DNA of 64,000 nt from an uncultured virus (IMG/VR IMGVR_UViG_3300042483_000521) (Duplodnaviria > Heunggongvirae > Uroviricota > Caudoviricetes). Below, piece by piece: positions 27,401 to 36,287 of this stretch (within the stretch, counting starts at the first letter, position 1; every line of letters begins with the position of its first letter). Position numbers and translations under genes: made by a program. The notes beneath the pieces are model-generated. The model had not been told where the DNA came from, did no database searches, and saw only the letters and a program-made list of their open reading frames with translations. The stretch is taken from IMG/VR virus record IMGVR_UViG_3300042483_000521, one strand, 5' to 3'.

Positions 27401-30400
27401 CAATGTTGTACGCTTCATCTTCTGATAGAATAGCTCCATCAGGAAGTTTCATAACTGGTCTATATTCAGGCTGAGCTGTTTTTACATAATCAGGAAGTAC
27501 TGACTCTTTAAATCTTCCAGCTTCAATCTCATCAAAGAGTTGTTGCTTCAAAGAAGGATTGTTAACAAAGCTCTTGAAGAACTCAATGATAGCATTGAAG
27601 AATCTTTTAATCTTTTCAGACAATGTTCTAGCTGGAAGCTTTCCCAGTCTGTAATCAGCAAAGTCATCAGCAATACGTTCTTTAACTTGTCTGTCTGTGG
27701 CTTCAGAAAAAGCAATCTGTTGACCAGACTCTCTATCTAAGAAGTAGCCAGGTCTATTTTTAAACTCATCAATAAGTGCAGCTCTTTCTGACTCTGAAAG
27801 AAATCCCTTCCATATAGCTTCAAATATTTCATGATACTCTGTACCACGCAAACCACGTTTGAAGAACTTAGCAACTCCTCCTTCAAACACACCCCATGCA
27901 ACAATACCATCAAGTGATTTGTAAATCTGTTCAAGGATTTCATAAGGTATAAATGGTACTTTCTCAGCATGCCATTTTTTAAATGCTTTAATGTCTCTAT
28001 CAGAGATTCTCTCAGCAAATAATTCTCCTTTTGATACAGCTCTTGTATCACTGTATCCAGACTTGAATTTACCTTTGTTAGATTTTGGAGGTGCTTCAGC
28101 AGCTTGTTGTCTTGCAAGATCTACGTTCTTCATTCTTGCCTCACCTTCTAAAGAAGCTAGTTCATCATATTTAGTATTAATTTTAACTTTAACATCTTCA
28201 GGAGTATTGCCTTCTATTTGGTTATTGTTTCCACCAAAATATAATCCAGTGAGTAAATCTTTAGTTATAGGTTTATTTAGCTCTTCTTCTCTTCTTCTTT
28301 CTATATCAGCTTTCTTAGCTTCTATGCCAGAGACGGGTGCAGCAGCTTCAGTAGGTGCAGTACCTACTAAAGTAGACAGCTCGTCTTCTGCCCTTCTAAT
28401 CTCCTCTTTTGCAGATGCAATTATTGATTGTTGTGAATCTTTATTTGGATAATCAGCTGATTCATAAATCTTAAGATCTTCCTTAAGAGCAGGTATTCTT
28501 TCTTTCAAATAATCCGTTCTGTAAAGAGATACGTAATTTAATATTTCACCCTTTTCAAAAACTCGTTGACTTTCTTCAGTTTTTTGTTTTGTAGATTCTT
28601 CAAATAACTGTATTAATTTTTTAGGTAAATATTTATCAACAATTTGTTTTGCTTTATCTTTAGTTATATTCCTATCAAAAACATAACCATCTTTAGCTTT
28701 AGTTAAAACTTCCCACCTACCTTTTTGAAAATAAGCTAAAAATTCTTGTTTTTCACCTTTAACAGTTACATGATAAAATTTTTCAGATTGTGTAGGTTCG
28801 TAAACCTGAATAACATTATCTAATCCAAGTTCTTTTTTCTTAGACTCTATACCAGAAACTGTTGGGGCTGCTGGAGCAACAGGAGCTGGGGCTGGAGCTT
28901 CTTGCTCAGCCTTGAGAGCTTTGTTGATCTTAGCTGTTATTTGATATCTAAAGAATTCAACAATAGTATCTTCTTTGGAAGAACTTTCATTCAGCTGAGG
29001 AATAGCTGCTCTATATGTATTTAATGTTTCTTCTGAAATTACAGCAGCAACATTCTCAAAAGATTTTTGATTTGCTTCTGTTCTAAAATCTAAATCCACT
29101 TTAATCTGTCCCTTCTCATTCACTGTTCCAATGAATTCAATAGGTTGCTTAGACACTTCTACAACATTTGTAGAACCATTGTTAAGCGTGAAATCTCCCA
29201 CCTTCAATGCTGGAAGAGCTTCAGCTACTTCTGAAGGAGAATTACTTTCAGACTTACTTTCTATAGGAGGAGCTACTGGAGCTTTTTCTTCTTGAGCTTC
29301 TGGGGCTGTGAAGTTTGTATTCTTTTCACCTACAGTGAAGTTTGATATATATGCATACTTACCTCTAAAGTTGTAAGGAAGTGCGTCAGATTTCTTTCTA
29401 ACATTAGTTACAAATGGTACCTCATCTACAGATCTATCTGTTCCAGATAGTAAGTAAGATTGATAGTTTGGCCACTTGACAAATTCTAGTTTACCATCCT
29501 TGAAGACAAACTCGTAATGAGCTTCAGCCTTATCTAGTAATCTTTTATTTGCAGAATGATATACGCTAGAGAAAGCTTTGATAACGTCTGCTTCATTCTT
29601 CAAGAAATCACTGAATGAATATGAATTGTTACCAAGCATTACAGACATAGAATCAATATCAATCCATAATTGATTATTCAACATGTCTTTTGTAGGACGT
29701 GCATAAATCATTACAGATCCTAAATACTTAAGTTTTTGTCTATCTAACTGTATAGGTTTATCATTAGTTGCTTGTTGCTGCATGTCATTGATGAGTGACT
29801 TAATCACTTCATACACTGACTTGCCTTTCTTAGCACCTAACAAGTTATTATTAAGAACCTGTAGCATATCTCTATCTTGTAGATACACTATTCCAGGTTT
29901 AGCATTCATGTTCTCACCACTGTGTACAATAGGAGTTCCTGTTGAAATCTTCAACAGTCCTGATTGAGTTTCAATTTGAGACTCTGTAATAAGGGTGTCA
30001 CCTACTTTATTCTTAACATATTTTCCATCTACTTTTTCAGTGATTAATGGAAAACCTTTAGAGATCATGAATGAATTAGTAGGAAGATCTTTTGCAGCCA
30101 TTGGAGCAATTTGTTTAGCAGGATTGCCTAACAAGATTTCTCTCTGCTGCTTCCAAGTTTCCATGTTCTTCATGAACTCTTCTTTCTCACGAGTTCTGAA
30201 TCTATCACCATCAGCACTACTGTACTCTACTGCTGTAGGACGTGTCTCAAATACAACTTTCCCTAGATCAACTTGTTGACCCACTTTTACATCCTTACCA
30301 TCAGCACCTTTTATTCTATTGCCATTCTGGTCAATAAAATATCTGTTCTTGCCATCAACCTCTACATACACTTGTGCTACGAATCCATTAATGAGGTCAT

Positions 30401-33400
30401 TAACAGTTCCTTTTTGAGTTTCCCAATTAGCACCGTAGGATAGTTGTGTAACTCCAGAAAGTCCAAGATCATTCTCTTGGTTGTACGTAAATGTTATAGC
30501 TCTAAACTTATCTCTATTCTTATTGCTCTTAGCATTATTCAAAAATACTCTAGCACGAATAATGTGTGGAGAAGGATTAGGATTGTAATATTTATAATTA
30601 GGATCATCAGATTCATTACTACTTGCGTTGAAGAATCTAGCAGCAGATTTTAAAGGACCAGTTTCTCCTGTATCAATTCGTGTATCGAATGGAATCAGCT
30701 CAACCTTTGGATCAGTTGATGCTTGAGCCTCTTCATCTTGTTGACTATCAATGTCAGAGCTTTGCTCTTTTATTTTTTCATCAATTTCTTTCTGCTTAGC
30801 TTTTGCCTCAAGAATATCTTTAGTAAGTCTTTTGAATCTATTTACAACAGCTTCGCTGAGCTTTTGATTGCCAAGAGAGTTAATGTATGCAAGTTTGTTT
30901 ACCTTTTCTCCTGGCTTCTCAATAACGTCTCTGAAGGCAGGATATTGAAGTACGTCATCAATAGATTGATTCAATGCATTTTCAAATTCCTGGGAAGTGT
31001 TGTCTTCTTCAGATATGTTATATGTTTTAAACTCTAGTGGTGAAAGAAATACTTCTTTACCATTAGGAAGTCTCACCTCAAACTCTCCACCTAATGTTTC
31101 AGAAATTATTGTAAACTTTGGAGCAAGTGTTATTTTACCATTCTCAAGTCTAATAGGCTCAGCCAAAGAATATTCTTGACCTACCTTTAAAGTTTTTACT
31201 ACTGACTTTCCACCTTCTTGTTGAGTGACATCTACAGGTCCTTTCTCACGAAACCTTTCAGCTCTACTAAAAACTTCAAAAACTTCTGGGTCTTTCTTAA
31301 TATCATTATAATCATCAATGAACACTTTTCTTCTAAGTGACATCTCAATCAAGTCTGATAGAGATCTTTTCAAGTTATCCTTAACATCGCTAACAACATC
31401 CATTGCATTGATTTGATCAATGGATTCTTTTACAGCTTCAATGGTAGGCTTATCTGATACTAAAACATCATTCAGAATTGTAGAAATGTTAATACCTGCG
31501 CTAGACAACACTGATGTCAATGCTGGGATTCTTGCTGAATAGTCATCAATCTTACTTGCTGCATAAACAAGTTTATCAATCACTACAGGATTGTATTTTC
31601 TTACAGGTCTTCCTTTTGCATCTTCAATAATATTACCTTCATCATCTGTCTTGAAGACACCTGCATAGGTTTCATTAATATTATCGTAGTGCTTTTCTAC
31701 AGCCTTTGCTGTATTCTCAAGGTTTCCAATTCTTTGTACAAATTGGGCAGGTGATTCTTTTTCAAAAGCAACACCAGCAGTTTGCAATTCCGCAAAGCCT
31801 TGTGGATTTAATGCTTGTTCTTTGTAAGAACTAAGTTCTTCATAAACATTTTCCATCTTACCATACTTTGCACGAGGCATTAAGTATGATAGAGAGTAGT
31901 CAGCTTCGTAATCTTTTTCTGAAAGAATATCATTGTTCTCTATTGCTTGCTGTCGCATTGCTTGAGAACCTATACCAACAGCTAAGAAGTTAGCTTGGTC
32001 TTTTAATGATGCTTCAATGTTTGTCTCATTCAGTTGCTTGAGAGCAATATCAGTGTTTCTTTTTCTTTGTCCACCTTTACCAGTAAGACCTTCTCTATAA
32101 ATAGACATTGGTGCTTGCTGAATACCTCCAGCAAGAGAACCAATCAATATACTTTCAATACCTTCTTTTGTACTTAGAGTTTTATCAATACCTTCTCCAA
32201 ATACATTTCCCATTGCTCCAGAAACAGTTTCTAGGAATGTTCCAAGATCTTCTTTATTGGTATAAGCTCTATTAAAATAATCATCGACACCTGAGGCAAT
32301 TGCAAACTGCATCCCTTCTTCAGCAGCTTCTGTTGGCTGAATAAAGAATCTACCTAAACCTTTTGTTGTATCTACTATTTTTCCAAATCTTGTTTTTGGA
32401 ACCAGTTCAGCAAACTCTTTACCAAGTCCTTTTTGTGTTAAGTCATTGATGAACGCCTTCTCCACTTTTCTAGAAGAACCTAAGATTTTAGGAAGTTGAA
32501 TATAGTTTGATGCAGTTAGAAGAACAGTATTCATACCCCATACATAATTACCTGCCTTTTCAGCAAATGCATTTATGTCATCAAGATCTCTTCCTGTTGG
32601 GTCTATACCATTTTGTCTTCTGAACTCAGCAATAGCATTATCCCTAAACTCATTTGATTTTTGCAAAGATTCAATGGAAGCTTCACCAAACGTACCCATG
32701 ACAGACGTTAATGTACGCTGTCCATTATTTGTAATTTGTGATTTTATACCTTGAGAAAGATTTCCTAACGCACCTTCAATAGCTGATATTTTTTGTGCTC
32801 TAGGAACAACCTGCATAGCCTTCTCAATAGTAGCAGCAGTTTCTGCACCTTTACCAAGTCTAACTAAAGCATTTGCTTTACCAATTAATTTAAATGCTTT
32901 AGTCCAAGCAGCACCACCAGCTATGGAACCAATTCCATAACCAATATTTTTTATAACCTTATCAGCCCAAAAGTTAGGAGTTAGCAAGTTATCTGATTGC
33001 CACCATTCAGCATCTGTCTCAGCTTGTCTATAATAGTTAGGTGCAAAGTCCTCCATACCACTTTGAATTCTATCCATCAACTGTGTTGTAGGATTATCAT
33101 AAAGTTTGGAAAACTTTTGATTAGCAATTGAAGAACCTACACCATTAAGAAATCCAACAGTACCAGATATAAAAGACGTGCCTGCAATACCCACTGCTTT
33201 TCCAAGACCATTTCGATACTGATCAAAAGTAGACTGTTTTTGCGCAGCCATTTCTTCGAAATTAGTAAATGGTCTTGTTTTTTCATATCTACTACCCCCA
33301 GAATAAAAAGAAGAAACAGGAATGTTCTGGGCTCCAGTAAATCTATTTTGCTCAGCTAATTTAGCAAAAGCTTCCCTTGGAGAAGGAAGTTCTCCAGGCA

Positions 33401-33485
33401 CTTGATTTCCAGGGTTGTTAGGAATTAATGGAAACGGAATTTCATTAGAAACTCCTTTAGGATTTACAACATTTTCTTCTTCCAT
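18462..33485 (-). CDS. Giant virion-packaged RNA polymerase (crAss-like) with C-terminal SF1B (Dda/RecD-like) helicase domain
   Basis: 5007 aa. GFRIPHQ...GSDFDIDKL catalytic motif at about 23725-23755. Helicase motifs GYAGTGKST, SPTHKA, IVDESSMI, GDPAQLPPV, LTQVMRQ, YAVTSHKGQGST and YVGLSRA at about 18730-20300. Confidence 0.9.
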   Translation of the reverse strand: MEEENVVNPKGVSNEIPFPLIPNNPGNQVPGELPSPREAFAKLAEQNRFTGAQNIPVSSFYSGGSRYEKTRPFTNFEEMAAQKQSTFDQYRNGLGKAVGIAGTSFISGTVGFLNGVGSSIANQKFSKLYDNPTTQLMDRIQSGMEDFAPNYYRQAETDAEWWQSDNLLTPNFWADKVIKNIGYGIGSIAGGAAWTKAFKLIGKANALVRLGKGAETAATIEKAMQVVPRAQKISAIEGALGNLSQGIKSQITNNGQRTLTSVMGTFGEASIESLQKSNEFRDNAIAEFRRQNGIDPTGRDLDDINAFAEKAGNYVWGMNTVLLTASNYIQLPKILGSSRKVEKAFINDLTQKGLGKEFAELVPKTRFGKIVDTTKGLGRFFIQPTEAAEEGMQFAIASGVDDYFNRAYTNKEDLGTFLETVSGAMGNVFGEGIDKTLSTKEGIESILIGSLAGGIQQAPMSIYREGLTGKGGQRKRNTDIALKQLNETNIEASLKDQANFLAVGIGSQAMRQQAIENNDILSEKDYEADYSLSYLMPRAKYGKMENVYEELSSYKEQALNPQGFAELQTAGVAFEKESPAQFVQRIGNLENTAKAVEKHYDNINETYAGVFKTDDEGNIIEDAKGRPVRKYNPVVIDKLVYAASKIDDYSARIPALTSVLSSAGINISTILNDVLVSDKPTIEAVKESIDQINAMDVVSDVKDNLKRSLSDLIEMSLRRKVFIDDYNDIKKDPEVFEVFSRAERFREKGPVDVTQQEGGKSVVKTLKVGQEYSLAEPIRLENGKITLAPKFTIISETLGGEFEVRLPNGKEVFLSPLEFKTYNISEEDNTSQEFENALNQSIDDVLQYPAFRDVIEKPGEKVNKLAYINSLGNQKLSEAVVNRFKRLTKDILEAKAKQKEIDEKIKEQSSDIDSQQDEEAQASTDPKVELIPFDTRIDTGETGPLKSAARFFNASSNESDDPNYKYYNPNPSPHIIRARVFLNNAKSNKNRDKFRAITFTYNQENDLGLSGVTQLSYGANWETQKGTVNDLINGFVAQVYVEVDGKNRYFIDQNGNRIKGADGKDVKVGQQVDLGKVVFETRPTAVEYSSADGDRFRTREKEEFMKNMETWKQQREILLGNPAKQIAPMAAKDLPTNSFMISKGFPLITEKVDGKYVKNKVGDTLITESQIETQSGLLKISTGTPIVHSGENMNAKPGIVYLQDRDMLQVLNNNLLGAKKGKSVYEVIKSLINDMQQQATNDKPIQLDRQKLKYLGSVMIYARPTKDMLNNQLWIDIDSMSVMLGNNSYSFSDFLKNEADVIKAFSSVYHSANKRLLDKAEAHYEFVFKDGKLEFVKWPNYQSYLLSGTDRSVDEVPFVTNVRKKSDALPYNFRGKYAYISNFTVGEKNTNFTAPEAQEEKAPVAPPIESKSESNSPSEVAEALPALKVGDFTLNNGSTNVVEVSKQPIEFIGTVNEKGQIKVDLDFRTEANQKSFENVAAVISEETLNTYRAAIPQLNESSSKEDTIVEFFRYQITAKINKALKAEQEAPAPAPVAPAAPTVSGIESKKKELGLDNVIQVYEPTQSEKFYHVTVKGEKQEFLAYFQKGRWEVLTKAKDGYVFDRNITKDKAKQIVDKYLPKKLIQLFEESTKQKTEESQRVFEKGEILNYVSLYRTDYLKERIPALKEDLKIYESADYPNKDSQQSIIASAKEEIRRAEDELSTLVGTAPTEAAAPVSGIEAKKADIERRREEELNKPITKDLLTGLYFGGNNNQIEGNTPEDVKVKINTKYDELASLEGEARMKNVDLARQQAAEAPPKSNKGKFKSGYSDTRAVSKGELFAERISDRDIKAFKKWHAEKVPFIPYEILEQIYKSLDGIVAWGVFEGGVAKFFKRGLRGTEYHEIFEAIWKGFLSESERAALIDEFKNRPGYFLDRESGQQIAFSEATDRQVKERIADDFADYRLGKLPARTLSEKIKRFFNAIIEFFKSFVNNPSLKQQLFDEIEAGRFKESVLPDYVKTAQPEYRPVMKLPDGAILSEDEAYNIVQDMVISTSGYLLNRGNDDTVANVFNIKGVTGTEVYNFIRNIYEGTGNLQALGDKLFNELFLRSVDNLRPLGVNIDTDSLLSVNDEQGNNRLYSPEAFEVDLMKNASFAIKYILATLPSASKSELDPETGLPALKTGAVGLPVLSNFNRTFATLLSKLSNTPISKIPAKLMELYKNDGNYYRVARSLNGNMSAEDAEELFDFGNFTDNDWRLYIQFVQAFNKSRPDATVEERTASPEGVSVITKPADKSSAINVQKYNWLSNIKVLGRQGGSIIDQKNQNFFIDTEHSKYPKKRPSTNTERLEFLANIGITFPGAAITNEDEFVDAVNRIYEYGSKNLANFKKFLGADSSITKLAVMYVDSLNPDQDTTRFNVENKRTGNYSDSNAVSVFEEDFNDAQTLDELFKKRPELKDAFSQNSLIIKKGGLFFDKEGNKIKGKILKIGVVDGISEEDGGTTVSGLTEGERFSVEINQNVKGNYYILVPADSATERTYNIGNQIKFENTNTEIGDSEFFDIMRSYLDDEINLALDWRNRSKLSAVGDRAKELRFFKEILSPSLVKSIEGVIAKTKLSKEKALAEISKILSDNKSEVESSIRETIAYQNDKLNKALTSTGEVSQVDENSVDFSYLDSEFAEKNKIDKNKISNEDYNKFLSFLNMNQMIANIELHKFIFGDPYQFEVKNGNLEETKRIKSWLSPRRKTFDSEAANDFLNKKYNKVTDDIVLSGNDITRHNFNSYVKTVTLTDPTPQSRYLDSFGNYKESDGFSLIGIGTFREVKWKNAEWPKEAENWYQWQMAYTRQKLSKIKKADGKFVYNYGKNSALENHDAALIKKPEPYYVLEVLKPIVSGAKPELGRIEGTIDKFSQMPLFFKAIEGTHLQDLYTQMLEEGVGYVVYRSGRKEGVRDTHNVYNGNGTFNSSNFGGNTIENVAWSTYGIQVENSYEEGKQQTRGSQPMKNASLDMFQYGKSVMDGAQELYDDITKTHDEFHQFQYEKFLENLGIEDLGDLYRIKDAKKVSQTLEYELLRREASENVIDTIRLNENGQFGIPFEASSAYEDIRSVLFSIINKSLISPPMEGKPHVQVAATLWENRDKGRRILRKTKDGYVEISKDEYEKLSDENKKSVLLSSDTLKFYEDKPGERHIEVMIPNFWKRYFKGMSDEQILEYLNKPENQKILFGIGFRIPHQAASSTEVFKVKGFLHPSMGSTVVVPSEIVQKAGSDFDIDKLNMYLKAVYVDQNGDVKLIEYKGSKKATMDFYAKVYDEQIKNEIDKIESGDEFRNNLIDVFEILESIEDPSSMTGEALKSVLGDKLSKFYTKKQQTINNIINVAVSKKQKPSDYIGDQIGRLADKYTKLTEKQLSESMKKDFVDLMYKKSLENRYFELLQEIVTLPENFERLLTPVGDANLPEVAKELDKARQDEEATFKNKLLSKTFLTSLRHAFLLGKKWVGIAAVNITGHSIAQKINAYLDPRRLNDIDAYDASFLGDMSLAVPHNTVEVDGQKMIALGGRTTAYSKKDKEGKSVFEFISDRLSGYATAFVDVAKDPYIMKILRSDLVVSTAMFMERIGVGELTPYFLNQPIIIDYLKYLDRIGSRSLFSKNNIAEIDAMYPIEFGKSYNLKQDFVVDQNTGLVDFEKSKANLLSSIDITAERNDEFNLKQRAVLNEFLRLSKMGQYSFKFTQAYNYDTTRVRTTESVLRKVARTETAEEKNIISSINDVFKQTFIGDQKRLIIEEVKALSAIFKLDADVFYSVIDEVMKPFVNDEYMSIDDFDRVARKVKTSFIDYLTQNKSTRFSKEIIDDLVIGKNNIAVQLANLQNKYPSSELLSNLEPRFSNHEGGAVTVSLKVKPKDAASVNRYIGLMRELKAYEPEFYNNLLLVNLLQGTYETKININKVIPLEDRAEIIAPVINSNYSFENIKDFSRNGAFFRTNFSDDKVVPFFSPRYNVTEGNIDYKSSGFATMKEIGAKPGNGKVLRLSKKYDKFNHSNMDFLKVTRYQYARGYIIDITGEKNPMSYDNFKKLVLNGELSKSEIVGYQKVKDLAGAPLEDEKGNTYFKMVNLYGDGDLVKIYKTNGLPSAINNNTYKVDKEIQNSDIIAFVNNEVINPLETAEKIDVAAELAPVPEVVTPITSKVERTTRMINRSELRANPKTLYLFGDNDSRKGLAGQAKEMRNEPNAIGVSTKKLPANSEQSYKTDAELDVNKKIIKDDIDKAIAAWSTGKYNKLIIPQLGVGLAELPTRAPQTYEFLQQELQRLENYINGVQEAATPVEEVEEVEFTTTKPFKYFGRFYNIVIDQDGKAIDVEGYKGKEDAKQKLLDAYTANPNVDPQSNKPFFAEDAFIEEEEAPEVVSGNSFKFEDGTVINTGNITLNEQQKEALQLAVNAIKKNQTKFVLRGYAGTGKSTISKFVREYLQNSKSFKDVSYASPTHKANTNLLIQLLRGKVFNTMPFTTASLLNKIKGEDGDFIAGPKDKMPYSGVLIVDESSMIDAQDYNLLMGLAKRKGTTVIFMGDPAQLPPVGSSQLSKALQFSSSEDGVELTQVMRQQGDNPLLDILTNIRQNLTTVVDRFSFSTNVNGRGEGVEFTNDYLSFNDKMLQYFKSPEYKEDPTYAKVLTYTNASVANYNNLIQSQLGLSPYGVGSIMMGYEQVGQTPNVHNGQDYKILESQYITDRDVKVFDGNVGNKYFNIEEKVSGYKVQMRRVFSKEDEQLLNDTGQTALLRPLDVFIINPNDDRNLKFMERVLAFKKVLNDKTIPWKLRQDPLNQFESFFNTYQLPADMISYKGKITTLPKLKQENPELFKVNRQTGKTLFEETATSERPMLAKNIDYGYAVTSHKGQGSTYQYVFDDYENMENPANNRVISDGDVKYAIERQQLKYVGLSRASKIAFVFTRKAGTDELYSSQEIQSEPSYIPESQESFVPWSTESNAPASGVRSFYESLTPDEKLKLGSLQDIISEYNELPTEISERTFIEMLMCRL

Positions 33486-33487
33486 TA

Positions 33488-36238
33488 TTACTTCTTAGGT
33501 GTATTAATAATTGACTGAATTTCCATAGGTGTAATAGATTTCATGACATTGTAGGTAGTAGCGAAATCATATCCATCAGTTGTAAACATGTAAGGTTTAC
33601 CAGTTGTTGAATCCTGTACAAAAACTTTCCCATAATATCTACCATTCAAATTTACTATATTTCCCATAACATCATAGCCTGAGAGCCCTTGTAATCCTGG
33701 AAAATCTCCTCTTATTTTTTGAAATTCAGCATCTCTATTCAGATATGTTTCTGGATCATCTGGATCACCATAAGATGTTGAATTTAATCCTTTTGCAATC
33801 ATGGCATTCTCAGCCATCAATTGATCTTGAGAAACATAAACATTTGATAAATCTACAAAATTATCTGCCTCATCTGGTTGAAGTGTAAGTCCACCTTTTC
33901 TTGAACCTCCCTCATAAGCAACTAGTTCAACAGATTGTTCTCCTCCTGGAAGGTATTTAATTTCAGCTTCAATAGTTAAATCTTTAGGATCTTCTATTCC
34001 TGAAACATATTCTACAAAAGATTCCCAGTCAGGAGAATAATTTCCAACATCAGTATAATTGGCTGATACTCTTTTTAAATCAGATAGAATTAATTTATTA
34101 GTCTGATCTTTATCTGTAAAGATACCAGTGGACAAATTTGGAGGAGTGTTAAATTTTTTTGCTTTCTCACTCTGCTTTGCTAGACCTTCTGCATATCTTG
34201 AGTTATCAATAGTGTTAACGACTTTATCAATTTGTCCAAAATCAAAATCTCCAGTTTCTCCTGACCAGTAAGAATAAATATCTACTGCTGTTTCAAAAGG
34301 AGAACCTACAGCTCTAGTTATTTGAGTAACTGGATCAGCTTTCAAACCTCGATTTCGTAGAAAATACTCTTTGAAATCTTTTAATCCTTGATTATCAAGT
34401 CTTTCCCCAGCGGATTTTGCAGATTGTCTAATATTATCATCAATAGCAAAACCAAATACATGTTTGTATCCAGTTAAATACACTCCTAAGTCAATAATAT
34501 TTTGTTTGGATAAATTAATGTTATTACCTCTAAACTTTACAGTTTGTGGTTTTATTTCATCACCTTCATACAACTTACCAAGTGTTTCGCTTAGCACTCC
34601 ACTATCTGCTTTATCCATTTCATCTTTTATAATTTTTGCATTCTCAAAAGTTTTCTTGGATTGAGTGTATACAGCCATAGCATCTGATAACTCTTTTGTT
34701 ATCTTATCAGCACCTTTTCGAGTTAGTGTTGCAACAGACTCGTTTATTTTATTTGTTCTAAAAGTACCAATATCAATTCCAGATGCTTTTGCATCTTGAT
34801 CAATCATCGCTGTAATAGCCTCTTCTCTAGTACTACCACGACTAATTAAATCTTGTAGCCTAGCTCTTTGTTGTGGATCAGATGAATAGTATGATCTATA
34901 AATTAACTCATTAGATGCGTCAGAATATTTCTGAGATGCGTTTTCATAATTTTCGTATTGTGTAGCTACAGCATCATAAGTTGCATCAAAATTATCTCTA
35001 TCAAAGTTTTCTCCAAAAGCTCTTCTTCCACCAAGCTCTGCTTCAATTTTTCTTTGTTCAAGAGCTTGTTCAGCTTCCCATTTTTTATCCTCTATCTGTG
35101 CTCTTTCTTTTTTATATGCAAAGTCTGCACCCCACTCCCTTCTTCTCTGAGCTTCATTCTCCATATCGAAATTAGCTTTCCACATAGGATCTTGCACTCT
35201 ATTCTGCTTAGTTTTCATATAACCAAACATGGTTGTATATCTACCTCTGACATCATTCTCATAGAGATAACCTTTTACAGCATCAGGATTAGAATCAGCT
35301 GTTTCAAGAATTTGAGAATAACTATTTCTAATTTGAGGAACTTGATCTTGAAGATTTTTTATCTGTATATCAATTTTAGCTTTCTCTTCTAGGTTTTCAG
35401 TTGAATTCTTTTTCAAATTGAGATTTGAAATCTCATTATTAACTTCAGCTATTTTAACATCTTGTTGACCCACAATCATAGTTTTTAAACGATCAGGATC
35501 ATAGGCTCTATAGTTATACTCACCACTAATTTGAAGTTGTTTTGCAACTCTTGGATCTGAGAATATTTGATCAATGGTTTGTCTTACTGTCTCAGGAAAT
35601 AAGCCTTCTTTCTCCATTTGTAACATTACAGGAGAATAAACAGTTTTACCGTTTACATCTTTTGTAAACACTTCATCCCAAGACAAGTTGCTTGGCTTTA
35701 CTGAATTGAAGGTTTCTCTTGCAAATTTTTCTACATCAAAATATGGATCATACTTAGCGTTGAAAACTATAGGCTTTCCTCTTTCATCAACTAGTCCAGA
35801 GTTTTCGTATGCTGAAAGTTTTTTTCTATAATAGGTTTCATTATCTGGAGTAAGCTCATTCTTCTGTCTAGCTTCCTCCATTAACTTTTCATTATTCTTG
35901 ATATTTTGTGTAGACTGAACAGCAGCAATAATTGATGGGTCTTTCATAACAGTGCCTGCCATTCCTGCTACAGAATTAACTAACTGATAGTTAGAAAAGT
36001 CAGCAGCTGCAACAGTCTTTAGTTTAGAGCCAAGCTCATTAAGTTTAGATTGCAACAGTTGTTTATCTTCTGTTCTATATATATCTAATCCTGCAACTTG
36101 ATCTATCTGAGATTGGATTCTTTGTACCCCTTGGTCGTAACGCTGTTGCTTCTCCATACCAACATTAACCATTGCTTCAACAGGAAGCTGTTGAATGTAT
36201 GGATTAAACTGAGGTATTGCATCTGTGAATGAAGCCAT
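33488..36238 (-). CDS. Putative virion cargo/ejection protein
   Basis: 916-aa, largely helical ORF (MASFTDAIPQFNPYIQQLP...) between the cargo-1-like gene and the RNAP gene; assigned by crAss-like synteny. Confidence 0.6.
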   Translation of the reverse strand: MASFTDAIPQFNPYIQQLPVEAMVNVGMEKQQRYDQGVQRIQSQIDQVAGLDIYRTEDKQLLQSKLNELGSKLKTVAAADFSNYQLVNSVAGMAGTVMKDPSIIAAVQSTQNIKNNEKLMEEARQKNELTPDNETYYRKKLSAYENSGLVDERGKPIVFNAKYDPYFDVEKFARETFNSVKPSNLSWDEVFTKDVNGKTVYSPVMLQMEKEGLFPETVRQTIDQIFSDPRVAKQLQISGEYNYRAYDPDRLKTMIVGQQDVKIAEVNNEISNLNLKKNSTENLEEKAKIDIQIKNLQDQVPQIRNSYSQILETADSNPDAVKGYLYENDVRGRYTTMFGYMKTKQNRVQDPMWKANFDMENEAQRRREWGADFAYKKERAQIEDKKWEAEQALEQRKIEAELGGRRAFGENFDRDNFDATYDAVATQYENYENASQKYSDASNELIYRSYYSSDPQQRARLQDLISRGSTREEAITAMIDQDAKASGIDIGTFRTNKINESVATLTRKGADKITKELSDAMAVYTQSKKTFENAKIIKDEMDKADSGVLSETLGKLYEGDEIKPQTVKFRGNNINLSKQNIIDLGVYLTGYKHVFGFAIDDNIRQSAKSAGERLDNQGLKDFKEYFLRNRGLKADPVTQITRAVGSPFETAVDIYSYWSGETGDFDFGQIDKVVNTIDNSRYAEGLAKQSEKAKKFNTPPNLSTGIFTDKDQTNKLILSDLKRVSANYTDVGNYSPDWESFVEYVSGIEDPKDLTIEAEIKYLPGGEQSVELVAYEGGSRKGGLTLQPDEADNFVDLSNVYVSQDQLMAENAMIAKGLNSTSYGDPDDPETYLNRDAEFQKIRGDFPGLQGLSGYDVMGNIVNLNGRYYGKVFVQDSTTGKPYMFTTDGYDFATTYNVMKSITPMEIQSIINTPKK

Positions 36239-36254
36239 ATTATTATTGTTTTAT

Positions 36255-36262
36255 CAAATTTA
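36255..36262 (-). promoter_or_regulatory. -7 promoter element TAAATTTG
   Basis: Exact TAnnTTTG in the intergenic gap upstream of the cargo/RNAP genes. No -33 element seen at the usual spacing. Confidence 0.45.
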
Positions 36263-36287
36263 GTAGTAATATATTATTCTATGTACA

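Noticed and set aside
18462..33485. Intein or intron in the RNAP gene
   Set aside because: No intein splice-junction or LAGLIDADG motifs were noticed and the frame is uninterrupted; the extra length is explained by passenger domains.
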